This document shows positions 23,124 to 33,401 of a DNA stretch of 64,000 bases, in pieces (within the stretch, counting starts at the first letter, position 1; each line of letters opens with the position of its first letter). A program made the translations under genes and the position numbers. The DNA comes from an uncultured Acidobacteriota bacterium (GTDB taxonomy: Bacteria > Acidobacteriota > UBA6911 > RPQK01 > JAPXNP01), in NCBI GenBank assembly GCA_963777605.1, contig CAVZRV010000008.1:449761-513760 (forward strand). Reading direction: 5' to 3'. Below the pieces are notes generated by a model. That model was not told where the DNA came from and ran no database searches. It saw nothing but the letters and a program-made list of their open reading frames with translations.

Positions 23124-24755
23124 ATGAAAAAGGGAGGGATGCTCGTCAATCAACGAACCGCCTACATTATCCGGTTTGCCGGTTTTCTTATTCCTGTTGT
23201 CTTAACGCTGTACGGTATTATGATCCAGATCGGCGCCGTGTATGCCGAGCATTACAGTGGCGACGCCATATTCTACACCATCACAGCTGGCTGGCTGGCA
23301 CTGGGGATTTATCAGTTCCTTTCGGTATCCCAATCACGACTTAATTCTGCCCTGAGGCTCATTGGCTACCACATATTTACCGTAGCGTACATTTTGTTTG
23401 TGGCAGGCTATTCAATGCCATTTATTAGCGCCTGGGCAGTGCTGTTTCTGGCTTCCTACGCTTACTTTTCGCGCGATGGCCTACGCCTAAGTATTTTCGT
23501 ATTCTTTGCAGCGGCTGTTGCTGACGTATTAATGCACCTTGAAGACACCAGCTATGTGCTTTCAAATATGCTAGCCATGGTTGCTACCTTTATTGTGGGG
23601 ATTGTGGCTGTGGCGATTAGCCAAGCACAAGAAGTCGACCGCAGCGAGCTTACCCGGAGCCGAGCCGAAGAAGTACTGCAGCGCGAACGGATGCTCACCC
23701 TTATCAACAACCTGGCCGATGCAATCATGAGCACCGACCGCGACGGCAACATTCAGCTGTATAATGCCGCAACCCTCGGGCTCCTCGATACCAACGAAGA
23801 TTTAATTGGGAAGCGTATCGACGATGTCATAAAGCTGATTGATAAAGAACAAAAACCGTTTCGCTTGGGCCGCAGCTTTAAACACACCCACAGCGTGCAG
23901 GCACGCGATGATTTAAGCGCCGTTATTTCTAGTGAAACCTTCCATTTAAGCGTGATTTATTCGCCAATCCGCGGCACCGATAGCACCCACACCGACGACG
24001 AGGATGGCTACATTGTCATTTTGCGTGACATCACCAAGCAAAAATCGCTTGAAGAAGAACGTGACGAATTTATCAGCGTGGTCAGCCACGAATTACGCAC
24101 ACCTATCACCGTTGCCGAAGGAACATTAAGTAACGCGCAGATTATGATGAGCCGCGATGATATTCCAAAATCCACCCTTACCGAAAGTGTGACGATGGCG
24201 CATGACCAAGTTATCTTCCTGGCTAAAATGGTGAACGATCTTTCGACATTAAGCCGTGCGGAACGGGGCGTGGCCGATGAAGCAGAGGAAATTGATGTAG
24301 AAGCAATGGCCCACAGCCTATTCGCAGAATACGAACCAGAAGCTGCCAAGAAGGGGCTCACACTTGACCTAGACTTGTCACCAAAAGTGGGGAGTGTATT
24401 CGCAAGCAGCCTATACCTCCGCGAACTGCTGCAAAACTTTATCACCAATTCAATCAAGTACACCAAAGAAGGCAGTGTCACAATCATTATCAGCAAGCCG
24501 CGCAGTGATATCATTAGCTTCAGCGTAAAAGACACCGGTATCGGCATCAGTAAATCCGACCAATCGCGCATCTTTGATAAGTTCTATCGCGCCGAAGATT
24601 ACCGGACCCGCGAAACCAGCGGCACCGGCCTTGGGCTCTATGTGGCGGTCAAGCTCGCGAAAAAACTTGGTACACACATCACCATGAAATCGCGCTTAAA
24701 CCACGGCTCAACCTTTGGTTTTGAGTTACCCGTTCATGTTGCAAAAGATAAATAA
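23124..24755 (+). CDS. Multi-TM PAS sensor histidine kinase (WalK/PhoR-like)
   Basis: EFISVVSHELRTP, NSIKYT, DTGIGI, FDKFYR, GTGLGL. Confidence 0.92.
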   Translation: MKKGGMLVNQRTAYIIRFAGFLIPVVLTLYGIMIQIGAVYAEHYSGDAIFYTITAGWLALGIYQFLSVSQSRLNSALRLIGYHIFTVAYILFVAGYSMPFISAWAVLFLASYAYFSRDGLRLSIFVFFAAAVADVLMHLEDTSYVLSNMLAMVATFIVGIVAVAISQAQEVDRSELTRSRAEEVLQRERMLTLINNLADAIMSTDRDGNIQLYNAATLGLLDTNEDLIGKRIDDVIKLIDKEQKPFRLGRSFKHTHSVQARDDLSAVISSETFHLSVIYSPIRGTDSTHTDDEDGYIVILRDITKQKSLEEERDEFISVVSHELRTPITVAEGTLSNAQIMMSRDDIPKSTLTESVTMAHDQVIFLAKMVNDLSTLSRAERGVADEAEEIDVEAMAHSLFAEYEPEAAKKGLTLDLDLSPKVGSVFASSLYLRELLQNFITNSIKYTKEGSVTIIISKPRSDIISFSVKDTGIGISKSDQSRIFDKFYRAEDYRTRETSGTGLGLYVAVKLAKKLGTHITMKSRLNHGSTFGFELPVHVAKDK

Positions 24756-24773
24756 ATATTTTATAATTACTAT

Positions 24774-25319
24774 ATGAAACTTGAGCTCCGCGCACCCGAG
24801 CGCGAAGATATGCAGCAAATCCGCGAACTTATTGCCCATGATTATGGGCGGCTTGCCGTTGAGCTATACAACGTTAATGGCTTAACGATGAAATTTATTG
24901 AGCCTGCCGAAGACGCTGATAATACCGTTGTGGCCGATTATCACAGCGGTGAAGTATATGCCATTTGCTCGAGTGAGCCCTGGAAAGCCACCGATGCAGC
25001 ACCCTATACTCGCGGCGGCATCGATGCAGCGGCGCAACTGGCAGCAACCGGCATCTACGACACTATGCAAGGCATCCACACGCTCGCAGCCTACTCGTAC
25101 GCCCCTGATTCACCACTCGACACCACCTTTATAGATTTGTTAAGCCCCAGCTATTCATACCGTGCCGCCGTTGCTGGGCGTGACCTGGCTAAGCAAACCC
25201 TTATGCGCCGCCACGGCTTTCACTATAACGGCAATCACTCCCAACATTCGACGTTTGGCAATATGCGCCTGCTGACGCGCCGTGGACGCTACGACTTTTC
25301 GCGCAGTGATGACTATTGA
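24774..25319 (+). CDS. Hypothetical protein, possibly degenerate GNAT fold
   Basis: LRAPEREDMQQIREL start and LMRRHGF end resemble GNAT; -10 box directly upstream of ATG. Confidence 0.55.
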   Translation: MKLELRAPEREDMQQIRELIAHDYGRLAVELYNVNGLTMKFIEPAEDADNTVVADYHSGEVYAICSSEPWKATDAAPYTRGGIDAAAQLAATGIYDTMQGIHTLAAYSYAPDSPLDTTFIDLLSPSYSYRAAVAGRDLAKQTLMRRHGFHYNGNHSQHSTFGNMRLLTRRGRYDFSRSDDY

Positions 25320-25397
25320 CGAATCGCCCCCTAGTTGCTACACTACACTTGACAGTCTGCAACAAGCAGACTTTTTCATTTGGGAGAAGCAACAACA

Positions 25398-25799
25398 ATG
25401 GCAAAGAAAACGAAAACCAAGTCAGCACCTGCTCGTAAGACCACGTCTGACACGCATGTCACCCGCATTACTGCGTCTGATAGCAGTACACCAAAAGCCA
25501 AGAAGGCGAGCACAACCACAAAAGGTAAGGCTGCGCCTTCAGCGGCACGCAAGATTCGCGTCAGCGCACCAAAGGTTAAAAACCTTAATGTGACCGGCGG
25601 CCGTTTTAATCCGCTGCGCCCACTACTGCGCTACCTTAAAGGTTCGTGGTACGAACTCCGCCAAGTACGCTGGCCAGATCGCCGCGCAACTTGGGGTTTA
25701 ACTGGTGCGTTAATCGTATTTGTCGTTTTCTTTGTCGTCATTATTACGCTTCTCGATGCCGGATTTGAATATTTGTTTAACATCATGATAGGAAAATAA
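25398..25799 (+). CDS. secE: SecE with long basic N-terminal extension
   Basis: YLKGSWYELRQVRWPDRRATW plus TM; directly upstream of nusG. Confidence 0.9.
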   Translation: MAKKTKTKSAPARKTTSDTHVTRITASDSSTPKAKKASTTTKGKAAPSAARKIRVSAPKVKNLNVTGGRFNPLRPLLRYLKGSWYELRQVRWPDRRATWGLTGALIVFVVFFVVIITLLDAGFEYLFNIMIGK

Positions 25800-25800
25800 T

Positions 25801-26346
25801 ATGTCTAAGAATCGTTATGACAGCTCGCGAAACTGGTATGCTATCCACACCTACAGCGGCTATGAAGAAAAGGTAGCAGAATCAATCAAACAGCGCATTC
25901 AGGCGGTCGACATGGCCGACAAAATCTTTGATGCGATTGTGCCAAAAGAAAAGCAAATTCAGATTAAGAACGGTAAGCGTAAAGTGGTAGAAGCTAAGAT
26001 TTTCCAAGGCTACGTGCTGGTAGAAATGAAGCTGACCGAAGAAACCTGGTTTATCGTCCGCAACACGCCTGGTGTAACCGGTTTTGTGGGAAGCGGCAGC
26101 GAACCGACCCCAGTATCTGACAGTGAAATTTCAAAGATCAAGAAACGCATGGGCGTGGAAGATCCAAAGCACCAAATCGACTTTTCAGAAGGCGAAGTGG
26201 TAAGCATTGTCGATGGCCCATTCAAGGGATTCGATGGTGCGGTATCTGAAATCGACACCGCTAAAGGCAAGCTGCGCGTGATGGTCAGCATGTTTGGCCG
26301 CGACACTCCCGTCGAGCTCGACGCATTGCAAGTGAAGAAAGTTTAA
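25801..26346 (+). CDS. nusG: NusG
   Basis: [33 protein letters not shown]. Confidence 0.98.
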   Translation: MSKNRYDSSRNWYAIHTYSGYEEKVAESIKQRIQAVDMADKIFDAIVPKEKQIQIKNGKRKVVEAKIFQGYVLVEMKLTEETWFIVRNTPGVTGFVGSGSEPTPVSDSEISKIKKRMGVEDPKHQIDFSEGEVVSIVDGPFKGFDGAVSEIDTAKGKLRVMVSMFGRDTPVELDALQVKKV

Positions 26347-26370
26347 TCGGAACTATAGCGCCAATTAAAA

Positions 26371-26395
26371 TACCCCGGGTTTCCCCGGGGTTTTC
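26371..26395. terminator. Hairpin terminator between convergent nusG and adhesin gene
   Basis: ACCCCGGG-TTTC-CCCGGGGT with flanking A and T runs. Confidence 0.7.
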
Positions 26396-26402
26396 TCGAA
26401 TA

Positions 26403-27980
26403 TTACTTGCTCAGCGTTTCGGTACTCGTCTGGGTACCGTCCTGCGTCACAACCGTCTGCTTCACCTTGACACTGTTGCTGCCGACGGAAAGAATCTGCA
26501 CCTTGACGAGAAGCTTCTCGCTCTGGAGCACCTTCGTTCCATCGATATCCGAGTTCACATGGAAGCTCGCGGTGATGATGTCACCGACCGCAGCATTCTT
26601 TGTGATGTCGAAGTATTCCGTCTGGCCGTTGGCGAGATTCATCGCCTTCGACAGCTTTCTGCCAGCAGCGTTGTCCACGTAGACATGGCCCACGTAGTAC
26701 CGCTTGGCGTACTGCGGGTGCGCCGGCGTGGTGAACGAAACACCCGCCGAACACGACTCACAGCCTGCTCCAACCTGGATAAGCGCCTTGGCCCACGCAG
26801 GGCACACGACCGTGTAGCTACCTGACAGCGTGACCCAGCTCGTCGCACAGGCCCCGCCCACAGTGTTCGTGTAGCAGTACTTGTCGATCAGCACGTCACC
26901 ATCGTTCATGTAGAACGTCTTGGACACGCTGGCGCCGGGGGCGGCACTGATGTAGCCGACCACCGCACCGGTGAACTTGTTGACAATGGCGTGCTTGATG
27001 GGCTTCGCGTTCTCGCGGTGCACCACACTCACCTTGACAGGGATGTTGGTCCCGTCACAGTCGGTAGTACACGTCGTCGCGAACGATACCTTGTGCGCAA
27101 AGAGCTGGAACGTGTTGTAGCCATAATCACGGTTGTAGTAAGTCGACCCGATCAGGCGCTGCCGACTGCTCGACGACGGGAAGGTGATGCGCGTCTTGAA
27201 GGACGATGGCGCATACACGTAGGCGTTTGCGCGTGCCTCACCCGTACCTGTTCGCTTGAACTTGAACGAGGTGTAGCCGAAGCCAGTCTTGCCCTTGTTG
27301 CCGGAAGTGCCGTTCACCGAAATGATCTGCAACCCACGATTGGTGATCGTGAGCGGCATACCCTTCGGTGCCCACAGGCCGTTGTGCTTGTTCGTGATCT
27401 TGACCTTGCCGGTCGCAACGCCACCAACCTCAACCGAGGGCAGGGTAACCGTGACCTTCAGGCCACCGTACCCACGCTTGGCGCGGTTGATGATGTTGTT
27501 GATGCCACTGACGTCGTACTTCGTGAGGTAGCCACGGTTGACCATGTCGTAGTAGTAGCTCCGGCCACCAGACGACAGCAGTCGCCAGATGGCAAAGCTC
27601 GTCCGGTAAGACGTCTTGTTACTGAAATCCTTGTTACGGAAATAGTCATTGGCGATGTACGTCGCCAAATCCTTGTAGTAGTTGGAAGCGGAACCGGGCA
27701 GGTTCGTGGCCACACCAACGATGTCGGTGTTAGCAACTCCCTTGTTCGGCTCACTACAGAAGCCCTTGAACTTGCCGGGAATGACCTTGAGGCCGACGTG
27801 ACCGCCGACACTCCGACCCTTACCAGCAGGGAACGACTTGCCGTAGCTGTTTACGGCGCTCACGTACGTAGCTGCCTCTGCGGGCGCAGCCGTAGCAACG
27901 GCAGCACCCGTCAGCATGATCAGCGGGATAGGAGCGCCCAGAAGACGCCTGACGGCACTACTGCGAGGCGATGCACTCAT
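26403..27980 (-). CDS. Secreted thioester-domain (TED/TQXA)-like adhesin candidate
   Basis: Signal peptide (RR...APAEA), GFCSEP, TSFAIW, RQRLI motifs, Cys-paired beta-rich C-terminus; GC-richer codons than neighbours. Confidence 0.6.
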   Translation of the reverse strand: MSASPRSSAVRRLLGAPIPLIMLTGAAVATAAPAEAATYVSAVNSYGKSFPAGKGRSVGGHVGLKVIPGKFKGFCSEPNKGVANTDIVGVATNLPGSASNYYKDLATYIANDYFRNKDFSNKTSYRTSFAIWRLLSSGGRSYYYDMVNRGYLTKYDVSGINNIINRAKRGYGGLKVTVTLPSVEVGGVATGKVKITNKHNGLWAPKGMPLTITNRGLQIISVNGTSGNKGKTGFGYTSFKFKRTGTGEARANAYVYAPSSFKTRITFPSSSSRQRLIGSTYYNRDYGYNTFQLFAHKVSFATTCTTDCDGTNIPVKVSVVHRENAKPIKHAIVNKFTGAVVGYISAAPGASVSKTFYMNDGDVLIDKYCYTNTVGGACATSWVTLSGSYTVVCPAWAKALIQVGAGCESCSAGVSFTTPAHPQYAKRYYVGHVYVDNAAGRKLSKAMNLANGQTEYFDITKNAAVGDIITASFHVNSDIDGTKVLQSEKLLVKVQILSVGSNSVKVKQTVVTQDGTQTSTETLSK

Positions 27981-28091
27981 GCCGGTTCCTTTCTGCAGGG
28001 AAACGTATGTATTCGAGATGTTAAGTCGAATCGACCCACCTCGAATCGATACGTCTTTTGGTGGCCCCCTAGGGGGACCTTGGACTGCATA

Positions 28092-28120
28092 ATTATAGTA
28101 GTATAACTATATTTTGTCAA
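28092..28120 (-). promoter_or_regulatory. Consensus sigma70 promoter of the adhesin gene
   Basis: TTGACA-17-TATAAT on minus strand. Confidence 0.8.
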
Positions 28121-28133
28121 TTTTTTGTATCTA

Positions 28134-28162
28134 TAGACATTTCGTTCTTTATATTATATAAT
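28134..28162 (+). promoter_or_regulatory. sigma70 promoter of ORF 28200
   Basis: TAGACA-17-TATAAT. Confidence 0.7.
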
Positions 28163-28199
28163 TTCTACATTCGAGCACCTAAGCCATAAGGAGGCACCA

Positions 28200-28571
28200 A
28201 TGCTCGACGATATCAGAAAAGCTTGGCTCTACCGCCACATGAATCCGATGGATGCCGATGTGCTTGGCGCACGCGCTGAGGAACGTGCCATGGCCGTTCA
28301 AGCTGCGACCGATCGCATGCACCACGGTGTTGGGCGACTGCACGCCAGTGGGCCGATGAATAACTCACTCGAGGCCCGTCGGAGCGCCGTCATGCGGGCA
28401 ATGGCCATCGAAGAGGCTCACGTCCAGGATCTCACCGAACTTTACCAAGCAGTGGCACACTACCGTGGCTGCAACAGCGAAGAGTGTGAGCGCATTCAGT
28501 CCGGCTGGGCATACAAGCTACTCAGTGCACTGGGTTTGGCGTCAAGGCCAGCATTCAAAGAGCACATCTGA
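28200..28571 (+). CDS. Hypothetical protein (cassette class)
   Basis: TAAGGAGG SD, own promoter, bulged hairpin plus T run at ~28581-28614. Confidence 0.75.
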   Translation: MLDDIRKAWLYRHMNPMDADVLGARAEERAMAVQAATDRMHHGVGRLHASGPMNNSLEARRSAVMRAMAIEEAHVQDLTELYQAVAHYRGCNSEECERIQSGWAYKLLSALGLASRPAFKEHI

Positions 28572-28656
28572 CATCACCGCACCGGCTTACGCATCACGCG
28601 ATAGGCCGGTTTTTCTTGCGTATCCATAGGCTGGGGTGTTACAACTAATAGGAACT

Positions 28657-28917
28657 ATGACTACATCTTATGAAACCCCCTCACATCGCTTTACGCTCGA
28701 ACAAATGCGCCTACACCAACCACCAAAACCCGATTCAACACCCATAACGCACGAAGGCCCAAGCCTTGATGAAGTGCATGCTGAGCTCGCCGGCCTGTCG
28801 CCTGAAGCGCTACAGGCGTTAGCACTCGAAGAACAGCTCACCCGACACAGGTTGAGTGTCGAAACGCGCACCTCGCTGACACGCAGCGCCGCACTGGCCG
28901 AGTTATTAGGGTTATAG
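28657..28917 (+). CDS. Hypothetical protein
   Basis: ORF with ATG 28657 between a terminator and the next promoter. Confidence 0.55.
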   Translation: MTTSYETPSHRFTLEQMRLHQPPKPDSTPITHEGPSLDEVHAELAGLSPEALQALALEEQLTRHRLSVETRTSLTRSAALAELLGL

Positions 28918-28983
28918 ATTGCCAAAATAGCAGTTCGATGGTATGATACATCGCATTACTTACAAAAGCGAGATGAGAAACTG

Positions 28984-29688
28984 ATGCCTTCAACTTTTGA
29001 CTACCCACCAGGCGATGGTGACGACGAACAACCAAATATGGATGCGTTTGAACAAGAATTCAACGACATCACGGGTGAACTGAACGAAATAGGCAGGATA
29101 CCCGACCTAATGAGCGATGTTGCAGGATTTCGCGAAGCGATTATTGACCTGATGGACGCAAAAATGAAGGTGGCCGACCCGAGGGGCAATTTTGACCGCG
29201 GCATTGTTGAAACCAAACGGCAGCTTTACGACGCCGCAGCGGATTTGTTCAGAGCAATTATCGAAGACACGCCGTCGGTTGAAGAACTGAAGCCAACACT
29301 CACTCGGCTACTAAATGATGAATTCGACACGTGGGTGGAGGCGCTTGGCGAACTTTCTGAAGGCCGGTTCGATCATACCAAGTATGACGATGAGGGCGAC
29401 TCAGCCGAAGCGGTAGAGGGCGAAATTGAAGAACACATCGTTGAAGACGATAACCGCGACGCACTCGCAAAGTGTGTTGCCAACCACTACCATGGCATCG
29501 TTGACGACATGCTAGAAGATTTCGAAGAATTTTACCCCGAAGAAGGTGAGTTGCAGCGCTCGTACCGCGATTATACAAAAGAAGAAATCATCAGTGGTGC
29601 AACGGTATTACTCGGCAAGGCGGCATTTCAAGCCGTAACGATTGCGGCTGGGATATTGATTGCCGAGCGATTTAAGCGTAACCGGTAA
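28984..29688 (+). CDS. Acidic hypothetical protein with C-terminal hydrophobic segment
   Basis: 234 aa, D/E-rich, ends AVTIAAGILIAERFKRNR. Confidence 0.7.
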   Translation: MPSTFDYPPGDGDDEQPNMDAFEQEFNDITGELNEIGRIPDLMSDVAGFREAIIDLMDAKMKVADPRGNFDRGIVETKRQLYDAAADLFRAIIEDTPSVEELKPTLTRLLNDEFDTWVEALGELSEGRFDHTKYDDEGDSAEAVEGEIEEHIVEDDNRDALAKCVANHYHGIVDDMLEDFEEFYPEEGELQRSYRDYTKEEIISGATVLLGKAAFQAVTIAAGILIAERFKRNR

Positions 29689-29723
29689 TTGTATTTTATA
29701 AGTTTTTGTGATATAATATATTT

Positions 29724-30341
29724 ATGGAATATGCGCATCGACCGAAAGATGCTACCGAGCAACTTCGGCAACACCCGAACGAACCGGTAATTGAATACTT
29801 CGTAAGTAACGAAGGCTCTACTTATGAACGCACATTTAATACTGCAGATGCGGATACCCTCGGAGGAAGCTCTGAGTATATTGTCGGACACGATGCAGTG
29901 ATTCAACATGTCGAATCACTACTTGAGAAATACGAGGCCTCAACACCGAATGAGCGTAATCTTGGATGTCTTATTGACGCCGTCACAATTATACAGGAGC
30001 TTCCATCGCTCTTCGGCAATAAACTACCAGATGCCTTACACGAAGAAATTTTTCAACAAGCCGTGGCGCGACTCGACCGCCGTGAAGACCGAATATACGA
30101 TGAACCAGAGGACATGGCGGCAGATGCGGCACTTGTGATTCACTTGTCACAGATCCCTGAGGTGTACGAACGGTTACGCGCAATCGTGCAGGAACACCTT
30201 AAAGAACATAGGGCCTTTAGGCAACACCTAGAAGACCCACTCTTGCGTGCATTCGCGTCAGCCTTCAGTGAAATGCACCTAGATTATAACAGCCTTGATT
30301 TGAGTGATGCTGACGGACTCCACGCGCTCTTATCGCAATAA
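29724..30341 (+). CDS. Hypothetical protein
   Basis: 205 aa ORF; TATAAT 6 nt before ATG. Confidence 0.7.
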   Translation: MEYAHRPKDATEQLRQHPNEPVIEYFVSNEGSTYERTFNTADADTLGGSSEYIVGHDAVIQHVESLLEKYEASTPNERNLGCLIDAVTIIQELPSLFGNKLPDALHEEIFQQAVARLDRREDRIYDEPEDMAADAALVIHLSQIPEVYERLRAIVQEHLKEHRAFRQHLEDPLLRAFASAFSEMHLDYNSLDLSDADGLHALLSQ

Positions 30342-30344
30342 CCC

Positions 30345-30373
30345 TTGCAAAATTGCTCTGCTTACGCTATAAT
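30345..30373 (+). promoter_or_regulatory. rplK promoter
   Basis: TTGCAA-17-TATAAT. Confidence 0.7.
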
Positions 30374-30440
30374 ACAACGAAGTTACGCACTGCAAATGCT
30401 TCACATTAACTGCAGTAATCTAAAAAGGATTTAATTTATT

Positions 30441-30866
30441 ATGGCAAAGAAAGTTATTGGTAACCTAAAACTTCGTATTCCTGCCGGCCGCGCAACTGCT
30501 GGGCCGCCAGTTGGTAGCACACTTGGGCAGTGGGGCCTTAATATGATGGACTTCATTAACCCGTTCAACGACGCCACTAAAGGCGACATGGGTAAAGACG
30601 TTATCGTTCACATTAAGGTATATGAAGACCGCACGTTCGACTGGAAAAGCCTGGGCCAGCCTGCTGACGACATGATTCGTGCCGCTGCTGGTATCCAAAA
30701 GGGTTCCGGTAAGCCACACTCTGAAAAAGTAGGTAAAATTACCCGCGCACAGCTTGAAGAAATTGCAAACGCTAAGATGGATCAGCTAAACGCGAACGAT
30801 CTCGACGGCGCCTGCAAGGTGATTGCCGGTACAGCACGCAGTATGGGTGTTGAAGTCGAAAACTAA
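30441..30866 (+). CDS. rplK: 50S ribosomal protein L11 (Saccharibacteria-type), monocistronic
   Basis: KLRIPAGRATAGPPVGSTLGQWGLNMMDF, GTARSMGV; terminator AATAGGCACTC..GGGTGCCTATT at ~30884-30912. Confidence 0.98.
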   Translation: MAKKVIGNLKLRIPAGRATAGPPVGSTLGQWGLNMMDFINPFNDATKGDMGKDVIVHIKVYEDRTFDWKSLGQPADDMIRAAAGIQKGSGKPHSEKVGKITRAQLEEIANAKMDQLNANDLDGACKVIAGTARSMGVEVEN

Positions 30867-31023
30867 GCAGTATTACACCATAAAATAGGCACTCGCATGG
30901 GTGCCTATTTTTAATATCCTCGATACAAATAGTCGTGCAACAGGTTGGAATATTGGAGATATTATGATATAATAACATAATTACGCAATCCTGCGTACGA
31001 ACCTACCTAAGGAGGAGCGGGCG

Positions 31024-31848
31024 ATGACCTCGACCGAACTCAACCAAGACGACTTCTACACCGCGTTCCGGAGGTGGAACGCCAAGACAAGCACGCCAAT
31101 TTTGGCAGGGAACATGGCCTACGTACTGTGGCGGATTGTCGAGCGCCTGCGCTCGGCACGGCTCGGTACTGACGTTGACTACCTGCCGGGCACGCGACCG
31201 CTCACGAGGCGCCGTCGAGCCCAGAACGCACTCGGCGTTGGACTGTTCAGTGTTAGTGCCGCCATGGATACAAGCGAGCTGTACTACAGGGCAACGCGCC
31301 CCGGCGACACGTACGGCCCGGCGAACAGCCAGGACAGAGAGCTCATCGGCTTGATTGCTACGGCCGCCACTGGCATCGCCCTCGCAATGCGTGAGCTGCG
31401 AACCGGCAAGGCATTCATCCGCGGCTATCCACTGTCGAAGGATGGCCGAGCCGACAGCGCCATCACGATTGCCAAGCTGAGCGCTGTGGCTCTCATGGCT
31501 GCACACGAACTGTACCGCCGCCGTGAGCAGTGGCTGCCGCAGCTGCAGGATCACCTGTACACCGCCAAGGTGCTCGCACCTGTGGTGTGGAGTCAGTTGA
31601 AGGCGAAGGTGACTCGGCGCGAGCCCGAGGAGTTGAGCATGTCCGAGGAAGACCTCGATCGACTGCTCACCACCATGGCCGGGATCGAGGGAAGTCTCAT
31701 CGACACCGACCCGGACAACCCGGACTCGTGGCCGGAGGAGCTTGACTTCGAGCGGCTCGTGCTTCTTGCGGGCTTGACACCCGAAGAGGTGGCCGTGCTT
31801 GAAGGCCGAGACTTCGTGCCCGACCAAGGCTCACCCGAGCGCTCCTAA
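31024..31848 (+). CDS. Hypothetical protein (cassette class, GC-rich)
   Basis: TTGGAA-17-TATAAT (30945-30973), TAAGGAGGAG SD, bulged hairpin 31861-31892 plus T run. Confidence 0.75.
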   Translation: MTSTELNQDDFYTAFRRWNAKTSTPILAGNMAYVLWRIVERLRSARLGTDVDYLPGTRPLTRRRRAQNALGVGLFSVSAAMDTSELYYRATRPGDTYGPANSQDRELIGLIATAATGIALAMRELRTGKAFIRGYPLSKDGRADSAITIAKLSAVALMAAHELYRRREQWLPQLQDHLYTAKVLAPVVWSQLKAKVTRREPEELSMSEEDLDRLLTTMAGIEGSLIDTDPDNPDSWPEELDFERLVLLAGLTPEEVAVLEGRDFVPDQGSPERS

Positions 31849-31951
31849 CCCCTCCTTTACCCCCCACCACCCGTTAGCACGGGGGATGGGGGATTTTTTA
31901 TTAACCGCCTATGGTTTGGGGCAACCACCCCCAGTGGTAGACTGATGGTAT

Positions 31952-32839
31952 ATGGGAGTTGTTGTCTCACCCGAACGAATCGCGCGCGGATACCTACCAA
32001 GCGCCGAAGCCCACCAAGAAGCAGGGCGGTTTTTGCTGCAGCGTCTTGGCCAGACAGCCCACGAAATGCCATCGCTACTGGGGGCAATGGTGTATGGCTC
32101 GGTAACCTTCAAACCGACGCGTCGCAGTGATTTGGACGTATTAACGGTCTTTTCAAACCACGTTGGGGCAGATGAGCTTCACATGGCGGCGGGCGTATAC
32201 GCCGAAACTGCTGAAACGTTTAATGTCCCCCCAGAACCAAATACCATAATCGTTACTCCACATATGAAGCCCCATGACCATATGCTCGATAGTATGTTCG
32301 GCGAACATTTGCGATTCACCCAAACCACCCGCCCCGAATGGGCGCTTGGTACACCGGTCGACCACCTACCGTTCCGTGAACTTGATCAACAAGAAGCATT
32401 TGACGTATCGCGCAACTATTCAGCGTACAAAGAACGTTTATTTCTAAAAGCAATCAGTGAAAAGCGGGGCATACTTGATGTTTCGATATTGCAGCGGGCG
32501 TTTGAAACACCGAGTTCAATGGCGCGAAAAGCAATTGGTGCGATTGACTTTGCCACGCTAGACGACCCGGCACAATTGGGCCGCGAACGATTGGCAGTAA
32601 GGGCCGAGGAGCTATTACACCAAATCGGCAGCGACGAACATGGGGTGTGGGCTCACCGCAGGCTAAAGATGTTAGATAGCGAATACACCGATTTACTTGA
32701 AGGTGTGATTGAGGGTGATATTTACCTCGAAGAATACACCTCGTGGCTAAACCGCTATAACGGCGAAGCACTTCATAAAGCCCGCGAGCTTGCCACGACG
32801 TGGAAGACGATTATTAGTGAATACCAGCACCATTTCTAA
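31952..32839 (+). CDS. Pol-beta superfamily nucleotidyltransferase with helical C-terminal domain
   Basis: VYGSV...RRSDLDVL motif. Confidence 0.7.
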   Translation: MGVVVSPERIARGYLPSAEAHQEAGRFLLQRLGQTAHEMPSLLGAMVYGSVTFKPTRRSDLDVLTVFSNHVGADELHMAAGVYAETAETFNVPPEPNTIIVTPHMKPHDHMLDSMFGEHLRFTQTTRPEWALGTPVDHLPFRELDQQEAFDVSRNYSAYKERLFLKAISEKRGILDVSILQRAFETPSSMARKAIGAIDFATLDDPAQLGRERLAVRAEELLHQIGSDEHGVWAHRRLKMLDSEYTDLLEGVIEGDIYLEEYTSWLNRYNGEALHKARELATTWKTIISEYQHHF

Positions 32840-32897
32840 AATTTATATAAATATTGTATAATAGTCGTGTCACGCTCTACCCGATTGAGGAGGCGAC

Positions 32898-33326
32898 ATG
32901 TCGGACAATACCAAATGCATTACGCCGATTATGCACAGGAAGCTCGAAGCAAGCCGCGTGCGTGTGCAATCGTCGCGACGACGTGTCAGCACGGCATACA
33001 TGAGCGCTCACATGACCCTGCAGCCAATCCTTCGTGAAATGGCGGGGTTGCTCGAAAAGATGAGCGGTGTACTGACGAAGTACCTTGACGCGGAGGTAAA
33101 CGAGATTTCGAGGAGTGATGTATTCTCGCACACCAGCAGCATCGTCAATACCGCCTTGGCACTCGCCGAGTACTTGGCGGCAACAGGTGATGTTCTTGCC
33201 GGCGAGCCTGAAACGGCTGAAGCACAGAAACGGCTGGAAGCCTGCAAGCGCGAAATCGCGTCCGCGCGCGCCGAGATGAGACAGCACGAGCAGCTACTGG
33301 AAGCGGCATTGCAGTCAGCAAAGTAA
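32898..33326 (+). CDS. Hypothetical helical/coiled-coil protein (cassette class)
   Basis: GAGGAGG SD, TATAAT at 32857, bulged hairpin 33335-33366 plus T run. Confidence 0.7.
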   Translation: MSDNTKCITPIMHRKLEASRVRVQSSRRRVSTAYMSAHMTLQPILREMAGLLEKMSGVLTKYLDAEVNEISRSDVFSHTSSIVNTALALAEYLAATGDVLAGEPETAEAQKRLEACKREIASARAEMRQHEQLLEAALQSAK

Positions 33327-33401
33327 TCTGCACACCCGGTAGCCCCATACATGGGCAACTACCGGGATTTTTTTATGCAAACAACGTATAATAGCCCCTA
33401 T

